Source of the DNA: Bilabrum cf. latius
Taxonomy: Eukaryota
Reading direction: 5' to 3'
NCBI GenBank assembly: GCA_965178125.1
Contig: OZ237746.1
Coordinates: 744,001-808,000, forward strand
DNA: 64,000 bases
A program made the position numbers and the translations under genes. Within the stretch, counting starts at the first letter, position 1, and every line of letters begins with the position of its first letter. Below, in pieces: positions 1 through 12,751 of the stretch. The notes below the pieces were generated by a model, which was not told the origin of the DNA, searched no databases, and saw nothing but the letters and a program-made list of their open reading frames with translations.

Positions 1-2065
1 GCCGCTGCATGCCAAGCATGTCCTCGTGATTCTTTGTGCGTCCACCAACTGTCATTTCACTCATCGACCCGGACTGCATGGCTGCATGCTGCATGCCCTC
101 TAGGATAGCTTCACTCCAGCTGGACCTGGCGATGTCAACATTGAATACTTTGCATGTTGTGCTCGATGCAATTGCAGGCAGTAGAGCCCGCGCGGCAGCT
201 TCCGGGAGTTGTGAATAGGAGTCTAATGTCAGCCGACGCAAGGAAGCAGACTCGGCAAGCAGCCTCGCGACAAAAGGGGCAGACGCAGCAGACACGAGCT
301 CATCCTTCACTTTAATATATTGCAGCGTCGGATGGTGCGTGACAGCCTCGAATAGCACACGACTTTCATCATCTAAGCTTTTGGTTGGCTCAACGCTTAT
401 TGCCAACTCCCGCAGAGTGGTGTTCCTAGCGAGGCCGGCAGCCAGTGGCGCAACACTTTCAGGCTGCAGACCACATGCTAGAATTTCCAATCGGCGAAGA
501 GCAATGCCTGGATTCTCGCCTAGTGCCTTCCCCAATGCAACGGGTGTCTATCCGCCGAGAGCCCATTTATTGTGGCTCAGATTCAGATCTTCTAGCGTGC
601 TGTTCGACTGCAGCCCGACCGCGATTGCATGCCCGCCCTCGCTTCCGACTTTTCCCCCGCTGAGGTTTAGCATGTTGAGAGTGGTGTTGACTGCCAGCGC
701 ATTGCCCAGAGCCACAGCGCCATCATCTCTTATTTTGCTGCCCATCAGCCCAAGTTTCTCCAACACGCACGAGGGCCGGGACAGCCAGAGTGCAATATAT
801 CTGGCCCCATCGGATCCCACGTTGCAGCCTGGCAACAGTAGCTCCCTGAGGCCACTGCCAGCGGTGGGATTGCACTGCAGTAAGTTGTCGATGCCAACAC
901 GAGATATTTCGCAGCGCTCCAGCTGGAGCTTTTTCAGGGAGCATCCTCTTGGCGAAGCAAGCGCTTGCCCGAGCAAGATCGCAAACCCGTCATTAGAGTA
1001 ATCCGAGTCATCTGAGTCGTACCCTCTCGCTACGGTCATATTGGGGTCGTCCGAGTCGGGCATAGGCTCATTAGCCAAATCATAAAATTCATCCCTGTCG
1101 TCCCTGCATGGCTGACGCAATGATTTCTAGTAGGATTGGCTCGCGACAATGTGCAGGCTCTCAAGTCGCAGCGCCCCCGTTGCCGCTCCTTCCCGAATAC
1201 CGCGAGCAAGAGGCACCATGCCAGCAATGCGCCCACGGACCACAACAAGCTACAACTTGCGGAGGGTTGAGTTGGTCGCAAGCGCATGCTCCCATGCCTC
1301 CATCGCATCATCATCAATCCGAATGGTCGCATACTGGATGCTTAGCTCTTCCAACGCATGATTATGCGGTAATGCTTTGGCTATCCTTACACTAGTACTC
1401 GCATCTGTTGGGTTGCGCAAGCTGAGCACTCGCAATGTCTTGTTATATTTTAGCCCTGTGCACATCAAATCCGCAGACCTGGAATACTGACAATCAATGC
1501 TAAGCTCCGTAAGGCATGTGTTGCATGCGAGAGACTGAATCAAATAAATACCCCTCGAAGCTAACGGTAGCAACCCCGGGACTAGCCTTGCCTTAAGCAA
1601 TGAAAAGCATCCATCGGTAGCTTCGGGGCCTGTCTGCGGGGTTTCGTACTCTCCGTCGAAAGACTGCAAACCTGGTCGCTACATAATGGCGGCTGCTAAA
1701 TTGGATCTAACATATGTTTCGCCTCTGCCGCGGGTTACTAGCATATCGGAATCGAGCACGAAACGTCGCAAAGGAGCTCTCGTTTTGGCGAGACTGGTTG
1801 CAAGTACTGAATGACCGCTATCTTGCAGCTCGCATCGTTGAATATAGAATGACTATACAGATTCATTTGTAATAAATGCGTTTCCAAGACAAGCATACTG
1901 TTGTAGCCCCAAGCTCGATCCTGCAACAGAAAGACGTACGAGACTGCTGGACCGTCCAATTGCTTTCGAGAGCGCATCAAGATCTCCATTTAAGGAATTA
2001 AAGTTAATGCACAATCGGCGGCACCCGCTGTTTATCTGGTCGAGAATCCATGACAAATTGTTCAT
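1..2065 (-). CDS. RNI-like leucine-rich-repeat protein, tandem paralog A (3' end runs off the window); TAG read as Gln
   Basis: One frame from ATG 2065 (MNNLSWILDQINSGCRRL) to the window edge, broken only by TAG at 1853, 1679, 1250, 1127 and 548. LxxNxTLxxLxL repeats; colinear with paralogs B and C. Confidence 0.85.
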
Positions 2066-2542
2066 TTCGTCTACAATCTGGTTAAAGTAGTAGATGTGGT
2101 TGAGTGATCCGATCCCATTCGTGTCTGCTCCGATCACTCCCAATCTTCACCCATACGCCCCACCTTAAACCAACTAGGTCTGTGCCCCCCTCATTCTATT
2201 CCCCGAATCAACAAGATTACTTGACCAATCATCTTCTCCGAGGGTCCACTTTTCTTTCACCTGCCTGCCAGTGGTGGAGCATCACACCCCCATCCACGGG
2301 ACGTGGTGTTCCATGATTCATGACCGCCGCAGCGGGGCCGCTCCTGCACATACCTCACTCGGCTGGCGCCATCAACCGCTCACTACTACGCTATGCCTCA
2401 TCTGATCTTATATCCTTCACGGGAACTGCACCCAACGTAGAGCGTCAATCACAGACACCTCATTGCCCTCGCCAGCGGACAGATCCTGTCCATGGCCCGT
2501 CTGGAGCGCTTGTTCATTGGATCCATCGACATTAGTCATGAC

Positions 2543-5500
2543 TCATGATACGGAGCATCCGCATCCGCATCCGCACCCAGGCCCCTATTCTGCTTCAGAG
2601 GTCCCAGTGTCACGCAATGACGCTTCATGCTCGCGTCGCTGTCGCTCCATCTCAGCTGCCCTGGCGTCTCGCAATGACGCTTCATGCTCGCGTCGCTGTC
2701 GCTCCATCTCAGCTGCCCTGGCATCTCGCAATGACGCTTCATGCTCGCGTCGCTGTCGCTCCATCTCAGCTGCCCTGGCGTCACACAACGACGCTTCATG
2801 CTCGCGTCGCTGTCGCTCTATCTCAGCTGCCCTGGCGTCACACAACGACGCTTCATGCTCGCGTCGCTGTCGCTCTATCTCAGCTGCCCTGGCGTCACAC
2901 AACGACGCTTCATGCTCGCGTCGCTGTCGCTCCATCTCAGCTGCCCTGGCGTCACACAACGACGCTTCATGCTCGCGTCGCTGTCGCTCCATCTCAGCTG
3001 CCCCGGCGTCACGCAATGACGCTACATGCTCGCGTCGCTGTCGCTCCATCTCAGCTGCCCTGGCGTCACGCAATACCGCTGCGTCAAGTTTTGTCTCCGA
3101 CTGCCTGGCAATCACCTCCTCCAGCACCTTCACGCACTCATCATGACCGCCCAATCGAGCCGCCTCCAATGGACCCACCATCGCCCCACCCTCCACCTCG
3201 CCCTTCATCTCCAGCCCACCCGCCAACCGACCCAGCCTCAGCCGCTTCCCCAGCTCCAACGGCCGACCCTCACTCGCAGCCCGGAACACCCTGCCTGCGT
3301 CCCTCTTGGCCTCCACCGCCCGGCGCCATCGAAGCACCTGACTCTTTCGATCAGCCTCCTCCAGCGCCAGCGCCTCCCCGCACAGACCAGCCAATCCAGG
3401 ATAGTCTATTTCCATTGCCCACCTCTGCACATCCCTGACTCGATCCAAGCATCTACCATCTCGTAGCGCATACCGTAACATAGGCTGCTCCTCCACCACA
3501 GGCACCCCATCCCGGTCCCTCTCCACCTCATCATACTCGGCCTTACACGCGTCTCCCATGCCCAGCACCAGAGACACCATCGCCATCGTGCCCGGGTCCC
3601 TCCCGCCCTCCCCCATGGGCCTGCCCATGGACCCCCGGATGGTGTCCATGCAGCTGGCCACGAATGCAGCCACTTGCGCCAGGTCCACGGCCCCGCCCTC
3701 AGCGGCTAGGTGCATGGCGGCCACGGCGCGGCCAGCGAGCACTCGGGGCTTGGGACTAGTGGTAGGTATAGATGCAGCAGTGCTTGGCCCAGGGTCGCTG
3801 GAATGTGCAATCTCTGTCTCTAGCTTTTGGTCCATCCACTTCCTGACGACCTTGTGCCGCTGCATGCCAAGCATTTTCTTGCCGTTTTTCGCGCGTCCAC
3901 CAACTGTCATTTCACTCATTGACCCGGACTGCATGGCTGCCTGCTGCATGCCCTCCAGGATAGCGTCACTCCATCTAGGCAAGACGAAGCCTACACTGAA
4001 TGCTTTGCATGTTGTGCTCGATGCAATTGCAGGCAAGAGATCTAATGCTACAGTTTCCGGAAGTCGTGAATAGGAGTCTAATGTCAGCCGACGCAAGGAA
4101 GCAGACTCGGAAAGCAGCCTCGCGAAGAATGGAGCAGATGCGGCAGACACGAGCTCATCCTACACTTTTATCTATTGCAGCGTGGGATGCCGTGCAGCAG
4201 CCTCAAATAGCACACAGCCTTCGTCATCTGTACTGTCACTAAGATCTACGTTTATTGCCAACTCCCGCAGAGTGGTGTTCCTAGCGATACCTACAGCCAG
4301 TGGCACGACACCCGCAGGCTGCAGGCCACATGATAGAATATCCAATCGGCGAAGAGCAATGCGTGGATTCTCGCCTAGTGCCTTCCCCAATGCAACGGGA
4401 GTCTATCCGCCGAGAGCTCGCCCTGTGCAACTCAGACCCAGCTCCTGCAGCGTGCTGTTCGACTGCAGCCCTACGGCGATTGCATGCCCACCCCCGCTCC
4501 CGAATTGTGCAACGCTGAGGTTCAGCATTTTTAGTGTGCTGTTGACTGCTAGCGCATTGCCCAAAGCCACAGCGCCATCATCTCTAATTCTGCTGCCTAT
4601 CAGCACGAGTTTCTCCAACATGCAGGAGGGCCGGGACAGCTGAGCTGCGATCTGTGTGGCCCCATCTGTCGGCACGTTGCAGCCTAGCAACAGTAGCTCT
4701 CTGAGGCCACTGCCAGCGGTGGGATTGCACTGCAGTAAGCTGTCAAATCCATCGCGAGAAATCTCGCAGTGTCGCAAGTGGAGCTTTCTGAGCGAGCATC
4801 CTCGAGGACAAGCAAGTGCCTCGCCGAGCAATGCTGCAAACTGCTCATTCAAGTAATCGGAATCCCCAATGTAGTCATCCGAGTTATCCGAGTCATCTGG
4901 AGTCCGTTGGGCCTGATACCAGGCCTAAACAAAGTCATTCAAGTCACCCGAGCCATCGGAATCATCCGAGCCATCCGAGCCATCCGAGCCATCCGAGCCA
5001 TCCGAGCCATCCGAGCCATCCGAGCCATCCGAGCCATCCGAGCCTACAGAGTCAGTGGCGCTATCCGAGTCATCCTAGACGCGCTTGCTCGCGTCGATGC
5101 GCAGACTCTCAAGCTTCAACCTCCCGCCCATTGCCCCTTCCCGAATGCCGCGAGCGAGAGGCACCATATCGGCAACGCTCTTATGGACCACGTCCAGCTT
5201 CAGCGTGCGGAGGGTCGAGTTGGTTGCAAGCGCATGCCCCCACGCTTCCATTGAAGCACCATGCATGGTCGCACCCTGGATGTTCAGCTCTTCCAATGCA
5301 TGGTTATACAATAATGCTCTAGATCCACTAACAGCATTGCTCGCGCCTTTCCAATTGCATAAGAATAGTCTGCGCAATGCCTTGTTCGCCTGTATGCTCG
5401 CGCACATGGACGCCGCAGACTTGGAATCGTGGCAGTCGATTCCCAGCTCCGTTAGACATGTATTGCTTGCGAGTAGCTGAATCAAAGAAGCACTCCTCTT

Positions 5501-5998
5501 TGCTATAAGTGGCTTTCCTGGGAGTAGTCTTGCCTTCAGCAACGACAAGGATCCATCAGCAGCTGTGCGGCCTGCCAGTAAGCTTCTGTTCCTGACGCTG
5601 TATTCTCCGCCGAAAGACTGCAAACCTGAGCGCTACAGAATGGCGGCTGATATGTTGTATCTAACGAGTGCTTCACCGTCGCAAGCTTTGAGCACGAAAC
5701 GGCGCAGAGGAGCTTTCGATTTCGAGAGGCTGCCCGCAAGCACAGCATGCCCGCTTTCTTGCAGTTTGCATCGGTTAATTTCGAGAGACTGGATAGTCAT
5801 ATTTGTAAGAAGTGCGTTACCAAGGCAAGCATACTGCTTCAGCCCCAACCTAGATCCAGTGACTTCGAGACAAGAAAGAGTAGACCACCCCATCACTTTC
5901 GAGAGCACATCAAGATCTCCTGAAAAGGTATCAAAGTTGATGCATAGGCGCCTGCATCCGCTCTTAATCTAGAGAAGAATTAATGAGGAATAGTCCAT
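2543..5998 (-). CDS. RNI-like LRR protein, paralog B (~1151 aa): LRRs, acidic (GSD)n insert, shared ankyrin-like module, 19-aa coiled-coil repeats, C-terminal CaaX-like CSVS
   Basis: ATG 5998 to TGA 2543 in one frame with 8 in-frame TAG (5969, 5633, 5075, 4925, 4403, 4172, 4160, 2585). It joins five pieces of the ORF track. Confidence 0.85.
2609..3075 (-). repeat. Coding tandem repeat, 57-bp unit x ~8 (ARAAEMERQRREHEASLRD), predicted coiled coil
   Basis: Near-identical units are directly visible. Confidence 0.95.
4964..5043 (-). repeat. Coding 9-bp repeat (atccgagcc)n encoding (GSD)n
   Basis: About 9 visible copies inside the acidic insert of paralog B. Confidence 0.9.
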
Positions 5999-6438
5999 TG
6001 CGTCAAATACTTGCGCAGAAGCGCGAAGGATCTAGGCTACCGGTACCTCGAAAAATGAATGGAGGACGCTGCCCCTCACTGCCAAAATTAAAGGCGGGTC
6101 GAGTCCTGCTCAAGACTAGTGGTGATCTCCCTACTTTATCATCAGCCTGTGGTCGAGTGATCCGATCCCATCCGGAGCTACTCCGCTCACTCCCAATCTT
6201 CACCCACATCGGATGCCACACCGCTGCCTGCCGGCCCGGTCTGCTGTCTCCCTTCTTCTTTCGCTTGCGTTCTTGCATGAGCAGTGGCAGGATCCCGGCA
6301 CCCTTGCTTGCCCTCCGACGACGACAGACTGTGGCATACAATGGTAGGCCAGTAGAAATAGTGAGTATCCCACCCTTCTCTTGTGTGCGATACTCACTAT
6401 TTCTGCGCGCGCCACGCCATATCATCATTGTGGGCGCA

Positions 6439-9129
6439 TCAGCCAATCCCAATCACCTCCTCCAGCACCTTCACGCACTCTTCGTGGCCGCCCAGACGAG
6501 CCGCCTCCAATGGACCCACCATCGCCCCACCCTACACCTCGCCCTTCATCTCCAGCCCGCCCGCCAACCGACCCAGCCTCAGCCGCTTCCCCAGCTCCAA
6601 CGGCCGACCCTCACTCGCAGCCCGGAACACCCTGCCTGCGTCCCTCTTGGCCTCCACTGCCCTGCGCCATCGAAGCACATGCCTCCGTCGATCAGTCTCC
6701 TCCAGCGCAAGCGTCTCTCCGCACAGACCAGCCAATCCAGGATAGTCTATTTCCATTGCCCACCGCTGCACGTCCCTGACTCGATCTAAGCATCTACCAT
6801 CTCGTAGCGCATACCGTAACATCGGCAGCTCCTCCACCACAGGCACCCCATCCCGGTCCCTCTCCACCTCATCATACTCGGCCTGACACGCGTCTCCCAT
6901 GCCCAGCACCAGAGATACCATCGCCATCGTGCCGGGGTCCCTGCCGCCCTCCCCCACGCCCACGGGCCTGCCCATGGACCCCCGGATGGTGTCCATGCAG
7001 CTGGCCACGAATGCAGCCACTTGTGCCAGGTCCACGGCCCCACCCTCAGCGGCTAGGTGCATGGCGGCCACGGCGCGGCCAGCGAGCACTCGGGGCTTGG
7101 GACTAGTGGTAGGTATAGATGCGGCAGTGCTTGGCCCAGGGTCGCTGGAATGTGCAACATCTGTCTCTAGCTGCTGGTCCATCCACCTCCTGACGACCAT
7201 GTGCCGATGCAAGCCGAGCATGTCCTCGTGAATCTTTGTGCGTCCACCAACTGTCATTTCACTCATCGACCCGGACTGCACGGCTGCCTGGTACATGCCC
7301 TGCACAATGGATTTACTCCATCCGGACCCTACGAAGCCTACTTCGAATACTTTGCATGTTCTGCTCGATGCAATCGCAGGCAGTAGAGCCCGCGCGGCAG
7401 CTTCCGGGAGTCGTGAATTGAAAACCATCAGCCGACGCAAAGATGCAGACTCGGAAAGCAGCCTCGCGACAAAAGGAGCAGATGCGGCAGATACAAGAGC
7501 GTCCCGCACTTGCATCCACTGCAGCGTAGGATGCCGTGCAGCAGCCTCAAATAGCACACCAGCTTCATAATCAGTTTTCTCACTAAGCTCTACGCTTATT
7601 GATAACTCGCGCAGAGTTGTGTTCCCAGCGAGGCCGGCAGCCAGAGGCACAACACCCTCGGGCTGCAAACCACATGATGCAATATCCAATCGACGAAGAG
7701 CAATGCCTGGATTCTCGCCTAGTGCCCTCCCCAGTGCAACCGGTGTCTATCCGCCGAGAGCCCGCCCTGTCCAATTCAGATCCAGCTCCTGCAGCGTGCT
7801 GTTCGACTGCAGCCCGACTGCGATTGCATGCCCACCCTTGCTTCCAATGCTTCCCATCATCTCCTCCGGCAAGCAGAGATCTTTGAGGGTGCTATTGACT
7901 GCCAGCGCATCGCCCAGAGCCATAGCACCATCGTCTTCAATTTTGCAGTCTATCAGTACAAGTTTCTCCAACACGCACGCGGGCAGGGACAGCCGAGCTG
8001 CAATCAATTTGGCCCCATCCGAGTCCACGTTGCAGTCTGACAGGAATAGCTCCCTGAGACCACTACCAGCGGAGCTGTGCCCCCGCAGTAGGTTGTCAAA
8101 TCCATCGCGAGAAATCTCGCAGTGTCGCAAGTGGAGCTTTCTGAGCGAGCATCCTCGAGGACAAGCAAGTGCTTCGCCGAGCACCGTCACAAACTCATCT
8201 AATTGTTGCGTGCTCGCGCAAATGTGCAGACTCTCAAGTCGCAGCGCCCCCTTCATCGCTCCTTCCCGAATGCCACGAGCAAGAGGCACCATACCAGTCG
8301 TGCTGCCATACATAGAATCCAGCTTTAGCTTGCGGAGGGTCGAGTTGGTCGCAAGCGTCTGCCCCCATGCCTCCATTAAAGCACCATTCATTGTCAGCCC
8401 TTCGATGCTCAGCTCTTCCAACGTATGGTTATGCGGCAATACTCTGGCTAAACTCATCAGCGTGTTCTCGTCTGTTGCATCCCATAAGCTGAGCCGGCGC
8501 AATGCATTGTTCGCTTTCAGGCCTCTGCAGAAGGACTCCGCTGACTTGGACTCGTGGCAGTCGATGCTCAGCTCCGTAAGGCATGTGTTGCATGAGAGAG
8601 ACCGAATCAAAGAAACGCCCTTTATTGCTAGAGGTGGCGACCCCGGCACTAGCTTTGCCTTTAGCAATGAAAAGGATCCATCAGCAGCCTCGAGGCCTTG
8701 GCTTATCTCACTGTCACCGTACTCTCCGTCGAAAGACTGCACACCTGATCGCTACAGAATGGCAGCTGCTGTTTTGAAGCTATCATGATTCCCATCAGAC
8801 AATTCTTTGCAGTCCTTGAACACGAAACGGCGCAAAGGAGCTCTCGGTTTTGCAAGGCTGTCCGTAAGAACTGAATGACCGTCCTCCTGCAGCTTGCATC
8901 GTTGAACGTCGAGAGACTATATGGACTCATTTTTAAGCAACGCGCTACCAACACAAGCATACTGTCTCGGCCCCAAGCTTGATCTTTTGACTTCAAGAAT
9001 AGAGATGCTCTTAGACAGTCCAATCGCTTCCTAGAGCACATCGAGATCTCCTGAAAATGCATCAAAGTTGATGCACAAGCGCCTGCACTTCTGATTTATT
9101 TTGTCAATTATAAGAGACGAGTATTCCAT
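6439..9129 (-). CDS. RNI-like LRR protein, paralog C (~896 aa), ending just after the shared ankyrin-like module
   Basis: ATG 9129 (MEYSSLIIDKINQKCRRL) to TGA 6439, with in-frame TAG at 9031, 8917, 8752, 7747 and 6532. Highly similar to A and B. Confidence 0.85.
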
Positions 9130-9282
9130 TACGTCTTTGCACTACACAGAAGTAGAGAACCTGCCAGGAAGGAAGCGCCAGTGCAACAGGGTTCGATTCG
9201 GCGCCGCGGGTTCGGCTGAGTTCGCTGATGAGAGCGAGAATCGCTGGCACATCAACACTTCTCTTGGGTGGATTCCTTGCAG

Positions 9283-12200
9283 ATGTAGGCATCAACTCTG
9301 CCAATTTACGGCGCAATAGCCCCTTTGGTAGTGTCTGCAGCGATTGCAGGGGCATGCATGGCAGCTGGTAAACCTGAAACCATGATTGCTGTCGCTGCCG
9401 TGCTGGGCGGAGCACTCGGTTGCCTTGGTGCTGGTGGCTTCTTCTCGGCCGCAATGCTTTGCATCGCAGCAGTCTGTGCGTACATTTGGTCTCCAATAGA
9501 TACTTCGTACTTCATGCGGCCATCCTGGCCTCTTGCATACGCGGTGTGCGCACTGGCGGCTGGTTTCGCGGCGGGAGCTGTGGGAGCTTTCGCGGACGCC
9601 GTTGCAGCAACCATCCAAGACGGGGCGGTAGCGGGAGGAACCGGCTTCGCTGCGCCGGCACCATGCGAGAAAGCTGCAAACCTGAGATCTCCTGCCGCTG
9701 CAGTTCGCAAAGAAGCCGTGTCAACCATCCCCGAGCAGACCCAAGTGCCTCCCACCTCTTTTGCTGACGTGGTGATCGTCGGAGCCGGGACCGCTGGGGC
9801 TTCGCTCGCGGCTCGCCTCGCAAGGGACGGGAGGAAAGTTGCAGTTGTTGAGAGCCACATGCAGCTGGAGGTGAGCCATCATTTTCCCGGCCGAATTCCG
9901 CGTGTTGCAACACTGCTCTCTTCGCGTCAAGCGCAAAGTCGCTTCCATGAGCATTACAGCTCGGTGACCGCCGTGCAAGTCGACTTACACCAATCCTTGT
10001 AGTGCATTGTACAGGTTTGGTACCGTTGCGACTCCCAAAGCCCACCCGTTTGATGGGCTGCTGACCGCCGATGCCACACTGTGCAGTTCCGTTGGGGCCT
10101 CTTCGTCTGCCATTGGAGTCCGCTTGCAATTCGCCCATATCCAATCACATGCATTTCTCCAAAATACTCCAGTCCCACCGCATTCGCATTTGATTCATTC
10201 GCAGGCGCGCATCGTGGGCGAGCTCATGCAGCCTGGCGGCGTGCGCTCCCTCGAGCGCATGGGGCTGGCCGACGCATGCAAGGACGGCAGGGCCAGGAGC
10301 GTGCGCGTGGACGGGTACGTCGTCGTGCCCAAAGCAACGGACGCGGGAATCCGCGACGAGTCCATGGCCAAGCAGATCGCCGAGAAGGAGCAGCCCGAGG
10401 GCGACGGGTTCGCCAGAAGGGACGCGCGCATCGAGGGGGCTGTCCTCCTCAAGTACCCCAGCACGGACCCGGAGGGCGGGGCAAGGCACTTTGGATTCGG
10501 AGCCCAGGCGGCCGACGAGGCCGGGGCCGTGGAGGCGCAGTTTGGCGAGGAGACCCGCCGCGTCAACGCCGCCCTCGACCTGGCCAGAGCGGCGGGCGTG
10601 GGCGCCTAGTCCGAGGAGAAGGAGCTGGACGTGGGCGATGGGCTGACGGACGCGCAGTCAGGGGCGCTTGCGGGGCTGGGCGGGGCCGGGGGCAACGGGA
10701 CCGGGACCCTCGTCCGAACGTCGGCCTCTGTTCCCCAGGGAACAAGCCAGTGGGGCGTGGACCCCATGCCCAGGGGCCGGTCGTTCCACAACCACCGGTT
10801 CGTGGCGGGGCTGAGGAGGCTGGCCTTCAGGGAACAGAACGTGCGGCTGTGCGTGGGGCGGGCGAGGGATGTCCTGCGATGCGGTGGGGAGGGTGACGAG
10901 GTGGCCAAAGCGGCGGCTGCCGGGGACGCTCGGAGGGTCAGCGATCTGCTGGTGGAGGCAGAGGAGGAGGCGCTGGGGCGGGCGCTCGGGGAGGAGGAGA
11001 AGCAAGTGGCGGAGCGGGTGGCGAGGCAGATGACGAGTGCCGCATCCAAGGCCTAGGGAACTAGCGGTAGGGGTGGTCAAACCGGCGAGGGGCGCGCGGT
11101 TGGGATCCGCTGGGTGCCGCACGGGGAGAGCAAGCCAAGGACCGTGCACGCCCCCCTTGTGGTCATCGCCGACGGGATGTTCTCGGGTCTCAGGCGGAAT
11201 GTGACGAGTGCGAAGCCTAGGCTGGTGAGCCATTTCGTGGGCCTGGTGATGCACCACCCCCCCATGGAATCCCCCCTCCCTTACAGGCACAGGGGGCACG
11301 TGTGCCTCACGGAGCCCACCCCCACGCTGGCCTACCAGATCAGCCCGTGCGCCACCCGCCTGCTGGTGGACTGTCCCACCCTCCTGCCCTCTGATGACGG
11401 GCTGTACCTCCCACTGGACGGAGAGGGAGAAGCAGAAGGGGAGCGCAAAGAGGACGGCGAAGGCGAAGAGGAGAAGAAGGACGAAGACGAGGAGGAGGAG
11501 CAAGAGCAGGAGGCCCAGGGAACAACGGACGGTGTTCCCCCGGGTGCTGTGAAGGACCTCAAGCCCGGCACGAGGGTGAAGAAGGTGGTCAAAGACAGCA
11601 CGCTGGCCGCCTACATCCGCTAGCACACGCTCCCGCAGCTCCCCGCGGGCTCCCTGCGAGAGGCAGCCAGGCGCGCCCTGGACACCCAGGTGCCCCAGCC
11701 GTGCGGGAACAGGTACCTGCCCGTGGCCCCCGAGGCCGAGGAGGACGGCCGCGGCAACGGGTCCACCGGCGTGGTGCTGCTGGGGGATGCATGGAACATG
11801 AGGCATCCGCTCACCGGCGGGGGCATGACGGTGGCACTCAAGGACACGGAGGCGCTCGCCGATGCGTTGCGCGGCGCCACTCTGGAGGAGCTGCGGAACC
11901 AGGGAGTGGAGGACCTCGGCGAGGAGCAGGCCCGGAAAGTGTCCGTTGACCTGGGCAGCCCCGCGGCCCTTGACGCTGCTTTGGACGGCTGGAAGGCCAG
12001 GCGCACCACGCACGCCTCCACGGTTAATGTGCTTGCCAACGCACTGTACGACGTGTTTAGCGTGCCTGAAGAGAAGGAGACCAAGTCGGGTGGGTCAGGG
12101 AACAAGGGGTCAGGGAACAAGCTGGACGTCGCGCTACAGGACCCCGCCACCCGCAAGGGTCTACGGGACGCGTGCCTGAACTACCTGGGCATGGGCGGGG

Positions 12201-12544
12201 CGTGTTCCGCCGGCCCCGTGCATCTCCTCGCTGCACTGACGCCATCCCCCGGCGTGCTCACTGCGCACTTCTTCTCGGTTGCCTTCAAGGCAGTGGGCGA
12301 TTCCGTGCTGCCCGTGCCCACCCCCTCCTCGGTTCGGCAGGCGTACATGACCGTGTGGGCCGCGTGCAGGATCGTGATGCCGCTGCTGGCGGATGAGAGA
12401 GCCACGCCGCTGGCCTGGCCGGCTGTGCAGACCGCCGTGAACCTCTTGTTCCCCTGGCGGGACGCGCACGTCAGTGCCGTGCCCAAGAGGAGTAGGAGGG
12501 GGAGGGTGGGGGTGGGGGTGGGGAAGAAGAAGGCAGTGGCATGA
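9283..12544 (+). CDS. SQLE: Squalene epoxidase (monooxygenase), ~975 aa; exons 9283-9870 and 10205-12544
   Basis: Motifs DVVIVGAGTAG, RIVGELMQPGG, GRSFHNHRF, APLVVIADGMFS, SHFVGL, LLGDAWNMRHPLTGGGMTVALKD, TVNVLANALY. GTGAGC...GCAG phase-0 intron. In-frame TAG at 9286, 10607, 11054 and 11621. The start codon is inferred. Confidence 0.93.
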
Positions 12545-12751
12545 GGTGAAGAATTCGGGGGTGTGGGGGGAGGTGGTGCTGGCGAGTGTGTGAAGCCCAC
12601 GCCGGTGAGTCTTCGTTCTAGCTAGGAACGATGCGCTAGTGGGTTGGTGGGTGGTGGACGGTAGATTTGCCGTATGGGCATGGGGGCTCTGGGGCCTTGT
12701 GCGACTGTGATGCTCATTGTCTATGGTGACCAACTGCGGTCACGATGGCTG

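Noticed and set aside
10607-11623. TAG as pyrrolysine, selenocysteine-like recoding or occasional programmed readthrough
   Set aside because: TAG is too frequent (up to ~15 per gene, including tandem TAG TAG), has no shared context, and alternates with CAG/CAA.
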